This document shows, piece after piece, positions 1 to 8,183 of a DNA stretch of 32,000 nucleotides. The notes under the pieces are model-generated. The model ran no database searches, was not told the origin of the DNA, and saw only the letters and a list, made by a program, of their open reading frames with translations. Numbering within the stretch: position 1 is the stretch's first letter; each line of letters starts with the position of its first letter. Source of the DNA: a bacterium. Its GTDB lineage: Bacteria > UBP7 > UBA6624 > JBBIMK01. The position numbers and the translations under genes are program-made. The stretch is from contig JBBIMK010000016.1 in assembly GCA_037444445.1 (NCBI GenBank), positions 1-32,000 of the forward strand, read 5' to 3'.

Positions 1-224
1 AAGAGGAAGATTACAACAAGAAGCAAAATAATCCAGAGGACACGGAAGGAAGGAATACCCCATAACTTTTATACTTTCTTCTCATAATTCATCCTCCTTC
101 TGCTGTCTAATTTCCAACCTTGCAATATTATCCTACTACAAGTTCAGGGAAAAATCAAGTGATTTCACATCTTACCTTGTGGGGAAAGAAGCAAGACGGG
201 TAAAAGGCATATAATAACATTTGG

Positions 225-1865
225 ATGGAGGAGGCAACGATTGTTCAGGTGGATGTGCGCGCCTATAAAGCGGGAGTGCCGTTATATTATGCGTATCTGG
301 AGGAGAATTCTCCGGTTCATTCTTTGTTTGAGAAGAAGCCGTGGGACGCAGGAATTTTTGATAAAGTCGTCCAGACAGTGGTGGATAGGCAGGTTCCTCA
401 TAAATCGGTGGCAGAAGTTATGGAATCTCTACGCCATCAAATTGGAGGAGGAAGCGCGGGACGAAAAGAAATTCAGAAGATTGCAGAGGGTGCTCCGGTG
501 GTTCTCACCGGTCAACAGCCCGGGCTTTTCGGTGGTCCAGCCTACACCCTTTACAAAATTCTTCATGCGAAAGCCCTTGCGCTTCAATTAGAGGAAAGGC
601 TGAAAATTCCAGTGGCTTGCGTCTTCTGGTGCGGGTCTGAGGATGCCGACCTTCTGGAAGCTAATCATACCTACCTGTTTCGCCGCACCGAATCCCCACT
701 AAAACTGGAATACCCCATTTCGCCAGAAGACGAGGGAAAAATGATGGCTGACTGGGTTTTCCAGGCGTCCCACCTATCCCCTCTTGTGGAGATTTTTCTA
801 CAAACCCTTCCGGAAAGTGAGGAGAAAAAGAAAGTGAAGGAATGGATTTTCCGGTCCTATTCGCCTCCTGTCACTTCTGCCATATCCTTCCTTCGTCTGA
901 TGACGCTGTTTCTGGAAAATTGCGGAATCGGGGTGGCTTTCGTGGACAGCACCCTACCGGGGATTAGAACTCTGGAGGAGCCCTTTTTTAGAGAAGAAAT
1001 CAGGAATCCGGGGAGAATCACGGAGAAGGTTCTGGAGGCTGGAAAGAACCTGCGAGCCCTTGGCTTTTCACCGGCGATTCAAAGAAAACCTCATCAACTC
1101 AATTTTTTCCTGATGCTGGATGGGAAGCGCAAGCCTGTGCTTTATCAAAATGGGCAATTTGTTGTGGGGGGAAAAGCCTGTGGCGAGACAGAATTGCTTA
1201 CACTGTTAGAGGAGGAACCAGAAAAGTTTTCCACAGGGGTGGTTTTAAGGCCGGTGGCACAGGACTCCTTATTCCGCTCCCTGGCGTATGTGGCAGGTCC
1301 ATCGGAAGTGGCTTATCAAGCCCAGTTGAAAGGCGTGTATTGGACCTTTGGAGTGCCTCAACCTTTTATCCTGCCCCGCACCACCTGGACAGTTTTAACG
1401 AGTCGCTTCTATAGACTTCTTGACAGGTATCGCCTGTCTCTTGAAGACCTGTCGCTCAATATGAGTGAGGTTCTATCCAGAGCCTATGAAGGCTTTATAC
1501 CTTCCCCGATTGCCGAGGAATGGAAGTCTCTTGAGGAAAACATGCTTCACCATTTAGAGGTTCTGGACGAATGGAGCCGTGAGATGGACCCCGCACTGAG
1601 GAAAGCGTTGCAGATACTGCGGAAGCGCTTTCACCTGGAGTTCCAGGGATTTCACCGTAAAATGCGTCAAAGCGTGAGAAAAAAGCACACAGAAATAGAC
1701 CATCAGATTCGTAAAGTGAGAGAATGGATATTTCCCCGGGGAAAATCTCAGGAGCGTATTCTCAACCCTTTTTATCTTTATTGTTTATGGGGTGAGCGTT
1801 TTGTTCGGGAAATCCTGGAGCACTGCCTGGATAATCCCCGCAAGCATCACATTCTGATTTTATAG
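225..1865 (+). CDS. bshC: Bacillithiol biosynthesis cysteine-adding enzyme BshC
   Basis: 546-aa ORF. The N-terminal block APVVLTGQQPGLFGGPAYTLYKILHAKALA is the TGQQxGLxGGPxYxxYK hallmark of the BshC/YllA family. Length fits the ~540-aa family. bshA follows 12 nt downstream. There is no SD before ATG 225, and a TATAAT sits at 210-215. Confidence 0.85.
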   Translation: MEEATIVQVDVRAYKAGVPLYYAYLEENSPVHSLFEKKPWDAGIFDKVVQTVVDRQVPHKSVAEVMESLRHQIGGGSAGRKEIQKIAEGAPVVLTGQQPGLFGGPAYTLYKILHAKALALQLEERLKIPVACVFWCGSEDADLLEANHTYLFRRTESPLKLEYPISPEDEGKMMADWVFQASHLSPLVEIFLQTLPESEEKKKVKEWIFRSYSPPVTSAISFLRLMTLFLENCGIGVAFVDSTLPGIRTLEEPFFREEIRNPGRITEKVLEAGKNLRALGFSPAIQRKPHQLNFFLMLDGKRKPVLYQNGQFVVGGKACGETELLTLLEEEPEKFSTGVVLRPVAQDSLFRSLAYVAGPSEVAYQAQLKGVYWTFGVPQPFILPRTTWTVLTSRFYRLLDRYRLSLEDLSLNMSEVLSRAYEGFIPSPIAEEWKSLEENMLHHLEVLDEWSREMDPALRKALQILRKRFHLEFQGFHRKMRQSVRKKHTEIDHQIRKVREWIFPRGKSQERILNPFYLYCLWGERFVREILEHCLDNPRKHHILIL

Positions 1866-1877
1866 GAGGAGAGAAAG

Positions 1878-3023
1878 ATGGGCTATAAAGTGGGGATAGT
1901 GTGTTATCCGACCTACGGAGGAAGCGGGGCAGTGGCTTCGGAATTGGCTCTGGCTCTAACTCGACGCGGGCATACAGTTCATATATTCAGTTTTGCCCTT
2001 CCTTTCCGCCTTCAGATGAGAGATTTGAGCCCGGTGAGTTTCCACAAAGTGGAAGCGCCAGAATATCCTTTGTTCAAGAGTTATCCTCCTTACTTGTTGA
2101 GCTTGGTGGCGAAAATTGCTGAAATTTCTCAGGCAGCCAAGTTGGACATTATTCATGTTCATTATGCCGTGCCTTTTACTCTGGCTGCCACCCTGGCAGT
2201 GGAGATGCTGGATAATCCCCGCCCCAGGGTGCTGACCACCCTCCACGGCACGGATGTTACTCTCGTGGGGCAGGATCCTTCTTTCTACGATGTCGTTCGT
2301 TTTTCCATTGAAAAAAGCCACGGTCTCACAGCGGTTTCCGATTACCTCGTCCGCGAAACTCAAAGCATCTTTCACCCGTCCAAGCCCGTGCAGAGAATAT
2401 ATAATTTTGTGGACACCAGGAGGTTCCGGAGAGAAAAGTCGGTTCCCTTTCTAAAATCTATCCGAAAGGAGGGCTACAAAATTCTCATTCATGTATCAAA
2501 CTTTCGCCTTGTCAAGCGAGTTTGCGACACGATTCAGGTATTTGCGAATGTGCGTGAAAAAGTAAAATGCCGGTTGGTGCTCATAGGTGAGGGACCGGAG
2601 TATCCACTGGCGAAACGCATGGCCGCGGAGTTGAAATTGGATTCTCAAGTTCACTTTTTAGGGTTTCAGATGGAAGTGGAAAGTTTTCTTTCCGGTGCCG
2701 ATGTGTTGCTCATGCCATCGGAGGAGGAAAGTTTTTGCGTTGCGGCTCTGGAAGCGCTTTCCTGCGGCGTGCCCGTGATTGCCACAAATGTGGGCGGGCT
2801 ACCAGAAGTCGTTGCCCACGGTGAATGCGGTTTTTTAACCACGATAAAAAATATCAGCGAACAAACCGCTTTTACCCTTGAACTCCTGCGCAATGAATCC
2901 CTCTGGATGAAAATGAGCGAGAATGCACGCGCTCGCGCCGTTTCTCTGTTTGATGTTTCCAAAATTATTCCCCAATATGAGAAAGCCTATCACAGTCTGT
3001 TGAACCACCACCCCGAAGATTAA
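1878..3023 (+). CDS. bshA: N-acetyl-alpha-D-glucosaminyl L-malate synthase BshA (GT4 glycosyltransferase)
   Basis: 381-aa ORF. KVGIVCYPTYGGSGAVASELALALTRRGHTVHIF and HVHYAVP...LTTLHGTDVTLVG match the BshA subfamily rather than generic GT4. The C-terminal EESFCVAALEALSCGVPVIATNVGGLPEVV is the GT-B donor-binding motif. A strong SD (taGGAGGagagaaagATG) precedes the start. Confidence 0.85.
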   Translation: MGYKVGIVCYPTYGGSGAVASELALALTRRGHTVHIFSFALPFRLQMRDLSPVSFHKVEAPEYPLFKSYPPYLLSLVAKIAEISQAAKLDIIHVHYAVPFTLAATLAVEMLDNPRPRVLTTLHGTDVTLVGQDPSFYDVVRFSIEKSHGLTAVSDYLVRETQSIFHPSKPVQRIYNFVDTRRFRREKSVPFLKSIRKEGYKILIHVSNFRLVKRVCDTIQVFANVREKVKCRLVLIGEGPEYPLAKRMAAELKLDSQVHFLGFQMEVESFLSGADVLLMPSEEESFCVAALEALSCGVPVIATNVGGLPEVVAHGECGFLTTIKNISEQTAFTLELLRNESLWMKMSENARARAVSLFDVSKIIPQYEKAYHSLLNHHPED

Positions 3024-3029
3024 CTCAAT

Positions 3030-4508
3030 ATGAGGCACTCTCTCTGGATTATGACAGAAAAGGCACTGGGTTTTATCTTCCCTCCTGGTGGAATGCTTCT
3101 GGCTATTCTTTTCTATCGTTATACTGGATTTCTCTATGACGATGCATATATTACTCTTCGGTATGCTCGGAATCTGGTGGAGGGCAATGGGCTGGTATTC
3201 AATCCCGGCGAGGCGGTTCTGGGCACCACTGCGCCCTTTTTCGCTTTCTGGCTGGCTTTCTGGCATATTCTGACACCCTTGCCGTTTCCTTTACTCGCCG
3301 TGTTATCCGGTGGTCTGGGGTTTGGATGGAGTGCTTATATGATTTACCGGATATTCAAAGGATATCACGCCGGTATTGCCCTGTGTACTGCCATGATTTT
3401 TCTTCTACATCCTCAATCGGTGATGATGTCCGCTACAGGGATGGAAACAGGGGTGTTTCTTGCCCTTTTACTGACCACCTACTACCTGATGGTGAAGAGG
3501 GATAGTCTATGGGCTGGAGTTACCGGGGTGTTACTCTTTCTCACTCGTCCGGAAGGGGGTTTGTTTTTTTTGCTTCTTTGCCTGGTTCAGGGACTGATGA
3601 GAAAGAAAGTTTTGCCGACATTTCTTATATTCACTGCGCTTGCAGGCTTCTGGGAGATATTCGTCTATGCTACTTATGGTTCCTGGCTTCCTGTTTCCAT
3701 CGCCGGGAAGAGACTTGCTTTCAAAGCCATGGGAATGGGTAATCTTCCGGTACCCAGAATCCAGGAGGAACTTTTCGGGAATGGGTGGAATAAACTGCGC
3801 ACTCTTCTCTTCTTCGGTGGTGCCTGGCTCACTTTCCGAAAGAGACATCCTGAATGGCTCTTCTTCATTTTTGCTCTCCTCGTGGGAGGATATTTATACA
3901 CCCGGAGGTATGTAGTTTTTCCCTGGTATTTAAGTCCTGCTCACCTGGCTTTTTTTATGATGGGTTTTCAACTTCTGGTAGCAGGATGGGAATTTATCCT
4001 TCAATTGTTCCAGAAGACGGGTTGGAAGTGGACGATAGCCATCGCTTTCCTCGGTATCACCATTTTTCTCATCGGGCAGAAAGGCGTGGAGAGGTTGTTG
4101 GAGTATAACAGGGCGCAAGCCAATTATGAAGGTTCTATGATTCCGGCAGCCCGCTGGATGGAGGAGCATTTCACCTCTGAAGATGTGGTGATGGCGCTGG
4201 AAATTGGCGTGGTAGGATTTTACACTCATCTATATGTTCTGGATTGGGGTGGGTTAGTTTCCCCTCAACTCCATTCCTATATCCAGTCCAAATCTCTGCG
4301 ACAAGCAATTCAGGATTTTTCACCGGATTTGATTTTTTTCTTTCTTCCCAGGGGAGTGTTTTATCTATTTCAGGACCCGCTGGAGCAGGAGTGGTTTGAA
4401 AATCACTATCAAATTATTCAGGATTATCCCATCACTTGGAATCCTCACATTCACTATGTGTTGTTTCAAAAAAAGGGGAATTTGAGGGGGGAAAGGGGGG
4501 CTGTGTAA
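3030..4508 (+). CDS. Polytopic membrane glycosyltransferase, GT-C fold (ArnT/PMT/arabinofuranosyltransferase-like), substrate unknown
   Basis: 492-aa ORF with many hydrophobic helices. The acidic first-loop motif LYDDAYITLRYARNLVEGNGLVFNPGE is typical of GT-C enzymes. A soluble C-terminal region of ~120 aa follows. The gene starts 6 nt after the bshA stop. Confidence 0.55.
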   Translation: MRHSLWIMTEKALGFIFPPGGMLLAILFYRYTGFLYDDAYITLRYARNLVEGNGLVFNPGEAVLGTTAPFFAFWLAFWHILTPLPFPLLAVLSGGLGFGWSAYMIYRIFKGYHAGIALCTAMIFLLHPQSVMMSATGMETGVFLALLLTTYYLMVKRDSLWAGVTGVLLFLTRPEGGLFFLLLCLVQGLMRKKVLPTFLIFTALAGFWEIFVYATYGSWLPVSIAGKRLAFKAMGMGNLPVPRIQEELFGNGWNKLRTLLFFGGAWLTFRKRHPEWLFFIFALLVGGYLYTRRYVVFPWYLSPAHLAFFMMGFQLLVAGWEFILQLFQKTGWKWTIAIAFLGITIFLIGQKGVERLLEYNRAQANYEGSMIPAARWMEEHFTSEDVVMALEIGVVGFYTHLYVLDWGGLVSPQLHSYIQSKSLRQAIQDFSPDLIFFFLPRGVFYLFQDPLEQEWFENHYQIIQDYPITWNPHIHYVLFQKKGNLRGERGAV

Positions 4509-4537
4509 TTTAGAGGTTATGTAAGAGTATGCAGAAA

Positions 4538-4566
4538 TTGACGGGGAAGGCGAGGGCTGGTAGAAT
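4538..4566 (+). promoter_or_regulatory. Sigma70-type promoter for tRNA-Pro (TTGACG-17 nt-TAGAAT)
   Basis: TTGACG at 4538-4543, an exact 17-nt spacer, and TAGAAT at 4561-4566. The predicted start lies ~10 nt upstream of the mature tRNA 5' end at 4585. Confidence 0.5.
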
Positions 4567-4584
4567 TATATGGTTGGAAGATGT

Positions 4585-4663
4585 CGGGGCGTGGCGCAGT
4601 TTGGCTTAGCGCATCGGCATGGGGCGTCGAAGGTCGCTGGTTCGAGTCCAGTCGCCCCGACCA
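4585..4663 (+). tRNA. tRNA-Pro (anticodon GGG), CCA encoded
   Basis: Hand-folded cloverleaf:
- acceptor CGGGGCG/CGCCCCG
- D stem GCGC/GCGC with an 11-nt loop AGTTTGGCTTA
- anticodon stem TCGGC/GTCGA with loop A-T-GGG-G-C (G37 is typical of tRNA-Pro)
- variable loop AGGTC
- T arm GCTGG-TTCGAGT-CCAGT
- discriminator A, then CCA. Confidence 0.9.
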
Positions 4664-4710
4664 CTTCTTGCCAACAAGAACGCCCTGGTGAGTTGATAAA
4701 GAAAGGGTTG

Positions 4711-5676
4711 ATGGGAAGAATGCGAGTGTTGAGGAATAACGGACGACAGGTGAAGGAGCGAATGGTATGGGGGGTTGGTGTATTTGATGGTGTTCATCGG
4801 GGGCATCAGCGATTGCTGAAGGAGCTACGCCGAGTGGCGATGGAGCGGAAGGCGCAGGCAGGGGTTCTTACCTTTGAGCCCCATCCCATGCAAATTCTGT
4901 TAAATCGCCCGATTCCTCTGTTAACTTCTGCCGAGGAAAAACTGCAGTTGCTGGAAGATGAAGGTGTGGAAGTGGTGTGGGTCGTGCCGTTTGATGAGGT
5001 TTTTGCCCAGATAGCCCCGGAAGATTTTTTAAATCGGTATTTTGAAAACCCCCGCCGCACTTCTGGCCTGGTAGCGGGATTTGATTTTACCTTCGGCAGG
5101 GATGCGGCCGGGAATGTTCATACCCTGGAAGAATGGGCGAGGGCTCAGGGCATCCCTGCCTGCATTGTGCCGCAAGTGAAACAGAACGAGAAAAAAATCA
5201 GCAGTTCCTGGATTCGCGAAGAGATTCTGGAGGGTCATATGGAAGAGGCTGCTGGATTACTGGGCAGGCCTTACTTCGTGGTCGGGCGTGTGGTGAAAGG
5301 GGTTGGGAGAGGGAAAATTCTTGGTTATCCTACCATCAATCTCGCTGTTCCTCCAGAGAAACTTTTACCGAAAACGGGTGTGTACGCCGTTCGGGTGAAG
5401 ATTCGGACAGAGGGTGGCTGGTCTGCTTCTTATCGGGGAGTCTGCAATATTGGCTTTCGCCCCACATTCCAGCCTGTCATTGATACACATCCGGTTGTGG
5501 AAGTTTTTCTCCATTCCTTTCAGGGAAATCTTTACCATGCCACTGCCCGGGTGGAGTTCCTGACCTATTTAAGAGAGGAACGAAAGTATCCCACAGTGGA
5601 AGATTTACGAGAACAAATCCGCAAAGATGTTGAGGAGATGATGAGATGTGAGTATTCCCAGGCTGGTCAAAGATGA
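4711..5676 (+). CDS. ribF: Bifunctional riboflavin kinase / FMN adenylyltransferase
   Basis: [13 protein letters not shown] nucleotidyltransferase motif. The C-terminal riboflavin kinase part has [20 protein letters not shown] and [13 protein letters not shown]. The 4570 start in the ORF track runs through the tRNA, so the real start is downstream. Candidates are ATG 4711, 4720 or 4762; the exact start is uncertain. Confidence 0.85.
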   Translation: MGRMRVLRNNGRQVKERMVWGVGVFDGVHRGHQRLLKELRRVAMERKAQAGVLTFEPHPMQILLNRPIPLLTSAEEKLQLLEDEGVEVVWVVPFDEVFAQIAPEDFLNRYFENPRRTSGLVAGFDFTFGRDAAGNVHTLEEWARAQGIPACIVPQVKQNEKKISSSWIREEILEGHMEEAAGLLGRPYFVVGRVVKGVGRGKILGYPTINLAVPPEKLLPKTGVYAVRVKIRTEGGWSASYRGVCNIGFRPTFQPVIDTHPVVEVFLHSFQGNLYHATARVEFLTYLREERKYPTVEDLREQIRKDVEEMMRCEYSQAGQR

Positions 5677-5917
5677 ACTCATCCAAAAATTCCGAATCCA
5701 CGAGCACGATACGGGGTCTCCCGAAGTGCAAATTGCTTTGCTGACTTATCGGATCAATCATCTGTCAGAGCATCTGCGTCAGCACAAGAAAGATTTGCAT
5801 TCCCGCACCGGTCTGATTAAGATGGTGGGCCAGAGACGCCGCTTCCTGAGGTATCTTTCTTATGCCAGCCCCGAACGATATCGGAATATACTGGACGCTC
5901 TTTCTTTGAGAAGATGA
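5648..5917 (+). CDS. rpsO: 30S ribosomal protein S15
   Basis: 89 aa with [51 protein letters not shown], the canonical S15 sequence and length. GTG start at 5648 with GAGGAG 10 nt upstream. It overlaps the ribF 3' end by 29 nt. Confidence 0.92.
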   Translation: MSIPRLVKDELIQKFRIHEHDTGSPEVQIALLTYRINHLSEHLRQHKKDLHSRTGLIKMVGQRRRFLRYLSYASPERYRNILDALSLRR

Positions 5918-5929
5918 GGCGGTAGTCCT

Positions 5930-6478
5930 ATGTTAAAACTCCAGGCAAAGAAAAGAACGCAAACAGGAAAGGGAAGCAATCACCGACTGCGAGCTCAGGG
6001 TGAAATTCCTGGAATCCTGTATGGAAAGGGGATAACCCCGATCCCTGTTAGCATCTACGAGAAACATCTGCAGGAAATTCTCTCTCTTCTGCCCCGTGAA
6101 AAAAGCCTCTTTCTTTTGCAGATTCAGTCCAATGGGGCAGTTGAAGAATACCCGGTGGTGATTCGGGAAATCCAGCGGCATTATCTGGATTGGACTTTTC
6201 TCCATCTGGATTTTTATCGGGTGGACCCCGATGAACGGATTGAGCTGGAAATTCCTGTGCTACCGGAAGGAAACTGGGAGGATGCGGCGGGCAGGGGGGT
6301 TCGTTTCACCCGCTATCAAATCAAAGTGAAAGGGAAAGCCAGTCTTTTGCCGGGAAGCATTCATATACCCGTAGATAACCTTCAGGAAGGGCAGAAAGTA
6401 TATGTGAAGGACCTGTCTTTTCCAGAAGGAGTAGAGCCTGTCATTTCTCCTGAAGAATTGGTGCTTTTGAAAGCGTGA
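5930..6478 (+). CDS. rplY: 50S ribosomal protein L25 / general stress protein Ctc (long form)
   Basis: 182 aa. The N-terminus LKLQAKKRTQTGKGSNHRLRAQGEIPGILYGKG is the L25/Ctc signature. It sits in the usual position directly upstream of pth. Confidence 0.85.
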   Translation: MLKLQAKKRTQTGKGSNHRLRAQGEIPGILYGKGITPIPVSIYEKHLQEILSLLPREKSLFLLQIQSNGAVEEYPVVIREIQRHYLDWTFLHLDFYRVDPDERIELEIPVLPEGNWEDAAGRGVRFTRYQIKVKGKASLLPGSIHIPVDNLQEGQKVYVKDLSFPEGVEPVISPEELVLLKA

Positions 6479-7044
6479 AAGCCCTGGTTGGGCTCGGAAA
6501 CCCCGGTTCCCTCTACGCACAAACTCGCCACAATATCGGCTATATGCTGGTGGATTGGATTCGGAAGAAGGGCAACTTTTCTAAGGTTGGAAGAACGGCA
6601 CTCTCGGTGGTCTTTGCGGGAGAATATCCAGGTGGAGAATTGCTACTGGTAAAGCCCATCACCTATATGAATCGGAGTGGTCTGGCGGTGCGTGCCCTGT
6701 TGCAAAAATTTTCTTTACCCCTGGAGGCTATTTTAATCGCTTGCGATGATGTGAATTTGCCGTTTGGAGTGTTGAGAATCCGCCAGAAAGGCAGTGCGGG
6801 GGGGCATAAGGGGCTTGAATCTATTGTGAACATAATGGAGACCCATTCCTTTCATCGTCTCCGCCTGGGGGTCGGAAGTGCAAGTCGTGAAGAGATTTTG
6901 ACGGATTTTGTCCTCTCCCCATTCACATCGGAGGAGAAGGAAAACCTGCCCGCATTTTTAGAAACCGGGGCCCGGGCTTTTGAAACCTGGGCGAAGCAGG
7001 GCATTGAATCCGTAATGAGGCAATTCAACCGTAGACTCTCTTGA
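6475..7044 (+). CDS. pth: Peptidyl-tRNA hydrolase
   Basis: 189 aa with LVGLGNPGSLYAQTRHNIGYMLVD, YMNRSGLAV and GSAGGHKGLESI motifs. GTG start overlaps the rplY stop (GTGA). Confidence 0.92.
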   Translation: MKALVGLGNPGSLYAQTRHNIGYMLVDWIRKKGNFSKVGRTALSVVFAGEYPGGELLLVKPITYMNRSGLAVRALLQKFSLPLEAILIACDDVNLPFGVLRIRQKGSAGGHKGLESIVNIMETHSFHRLRLGVGSASREEILTDFVLSPFTSEEKENLPAFLETGARAFETWAKQGIESVMRQFNRRLS

Positions 7045-7067
7045 TTTTCACCTCCTCATCCTCCTGC

Positions 7068-7096
7068 TTCACCGAGGCGGGTCAGAAGTGTAAAAT
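7068..7096 (+). promoter_or_regulatory. Candidate promoter of the tlpA-ccmFHI operon (TTCACC-17 nt-TAAAAT), giving a near-leaderless mRNA
   Basis: TTCACC at 7068-7073, a 17-nt spacer, and TAAAAT at 7091-7096. ATG 7110 lies 13 nt downstream of the -10 box with no SD in between. Confidence 0.3.
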
Positions 7097-7109
7097 ACTA
7101 CTGGCATAA

Positions 7110-8183
7110 ATGAAAGAGCAGATGGAAGGCAGAGTGAAAAATTTTCCGGTAGTTCTGGTGGCAGTCCTTTTCACCTTCACTTTCACCCTGCTTTACCAGG
7201 CTCAAAAGGGGAAAATACTTCCAGCAGGAAGCGAAGGCGGTGCTTCACCTCCCCGGGGATTCGAGGCCCGCGAAACTCCGGGCGGGATTCTGGCAACACT
7301 GCCTGCTTCCTCCGATAGCCCTCCTGTGCCTTTGCTGTTGAGCCGAGAAATGATGGGAATAATAGATTCTCTTTCCTTGAGAGTAGCAAGAGCCAAATTT
7401 CCTCCACCGGGTATTGAAGTTCAGGATGTAGAGGGGAAGTCTGTGAGTCTTATATCCTTCCGGGGTAAAGTGATTGTGGTGAATTTCTGGGCTTCCTGGT
7501 GCAAGGAATGTGAGAAGGAAATGCCTTCTCTGGAAGCCTTGTGGAAAACATTTCAAAATCAAAATTTTGCACTTCTGGCTATCAACTGGAAGGAGCCGGT
7601 GGAACGAGCCCAGTCGTATATGATGAAGAAGGGCTATCAGATGCCTTTATATCTGGATATATCGGGGAAAGCTGGTGAATCATTTAAGGTCACCGGGGTG
7701 CCGGAAACTTATATCATCACATCGGACTATTACCTGGCATTCGGGGCCATCGGTCCTGTAGTGTGGGATTCGCCAGATGCTATTCGTTTTTTCCAGCTGC
7801 TTCTGGCAGACAAAGGGATTAGTGACAACCGCCCCCAAACTCCTCAGATGGTCACTGTTTCTACACTTTATGAGGAAGTGAGTGGGAATCCTCGCTTTCT
7901 TGTTCTGGACCTGCGCGGGGAAGAGGTATATGCTCAGGGGCATGTGCGCTGTGCTTTTAATTTCCCTCCATCCGACTTGATGAATCACCTGGATATACTT
8001 CCTTACGACTTTCCCATTGTTCTGATTTCACAGGATGGAGAGCAGGCGGAGAAGATTGCCTCTGCCCTGTCTGGAATTGGTTTTGAAAAGATGATGTATC
8101 TGGAAAAAGGAATGGAAGGATGGAAATATCCGCTAACTACGGAAGATCCGGTTCAATGTCAACATTCCGAAGGGGGCACATAA
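7110..8183 (+). CDS. Membrane-anchored TlpA/ResA/CcmG-like thiol:disulfide oxidoreductase fused to a C-terminal rhodanese-like domain
   Basis: - N-terminal TM helix (FPVVLVAVLFTFTFTLLY).
- Thioredoxin fold with VVNFWASWCKECEKEMP; the CXXC is at nt 7500-7511.
- Residues ~247-340 are rhodanese-like (RFLVLDLRGEEVYAQGHVRCAFNFP ... DFPIVLISQDGEQAEKIASALSGIGFEKMMYLEKGMEGW).
- Sits directly upstream of ccmF. Confidence 0.75.
   Translation: MKEQMEGRVKNFPVVLVAVLFTFTFTLLYQAQKGKILPAGSEGGASPPRGFEARETPGGILATLPASSDSPPVPLLLSREMMGIIDSLSLRVARAKFPPPGIEVQDVEGKSVSLISFRGKVIVVNFWASWCKECEKEMPSLEALWKTFQNQNFALLAINWKEPVERAQSYMMKKGYQMPLYLDISGKAGESFKVTGVPETYIITSDYYLAFGAIGPVVWDSPDAIRFFQLLLADKGISDNRPQTPQMVTVSTLYEEVSGNPRFLVLDLRGEEVYAQGHVRCAFNFPPSDLMNHLDILPYDFPIVLISQDGEQAEKIASALSGIGFEKMMYLEKGMEGWKYPLTTEDPVQCQHSEGGT

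Noticed and set aside
11-85. A 24-codon minus-strand ORF (MRRKYKSYGVFLPSVSSGLFCFLL) with a strong AGGAGG 7 nt upstream.
   Set aside because: It is too short and sits at the window edge, with no family signal. The SD could equally be chance in a purine-rich stretch. I note it, but not as a feature.
4570-4710. The N-terminal 47 codons of the 368-aa ribF ORF in the six-frame track.
   Set aside because: This stretch is the tRNA-Pro gene (4585-4663) read as protein. RibF homology starts near [12 protein letters not shown], so the real start is an internal ATG (4711, 4720 or 4762).
4664-4710. I looked for an FMN riboswitch or other leader upstream of ribF.
   Set aside because: Only 47 nt separate the tRNA and the first candidate start, which is far too short. 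No FMN-element-like conserved helices were seen.
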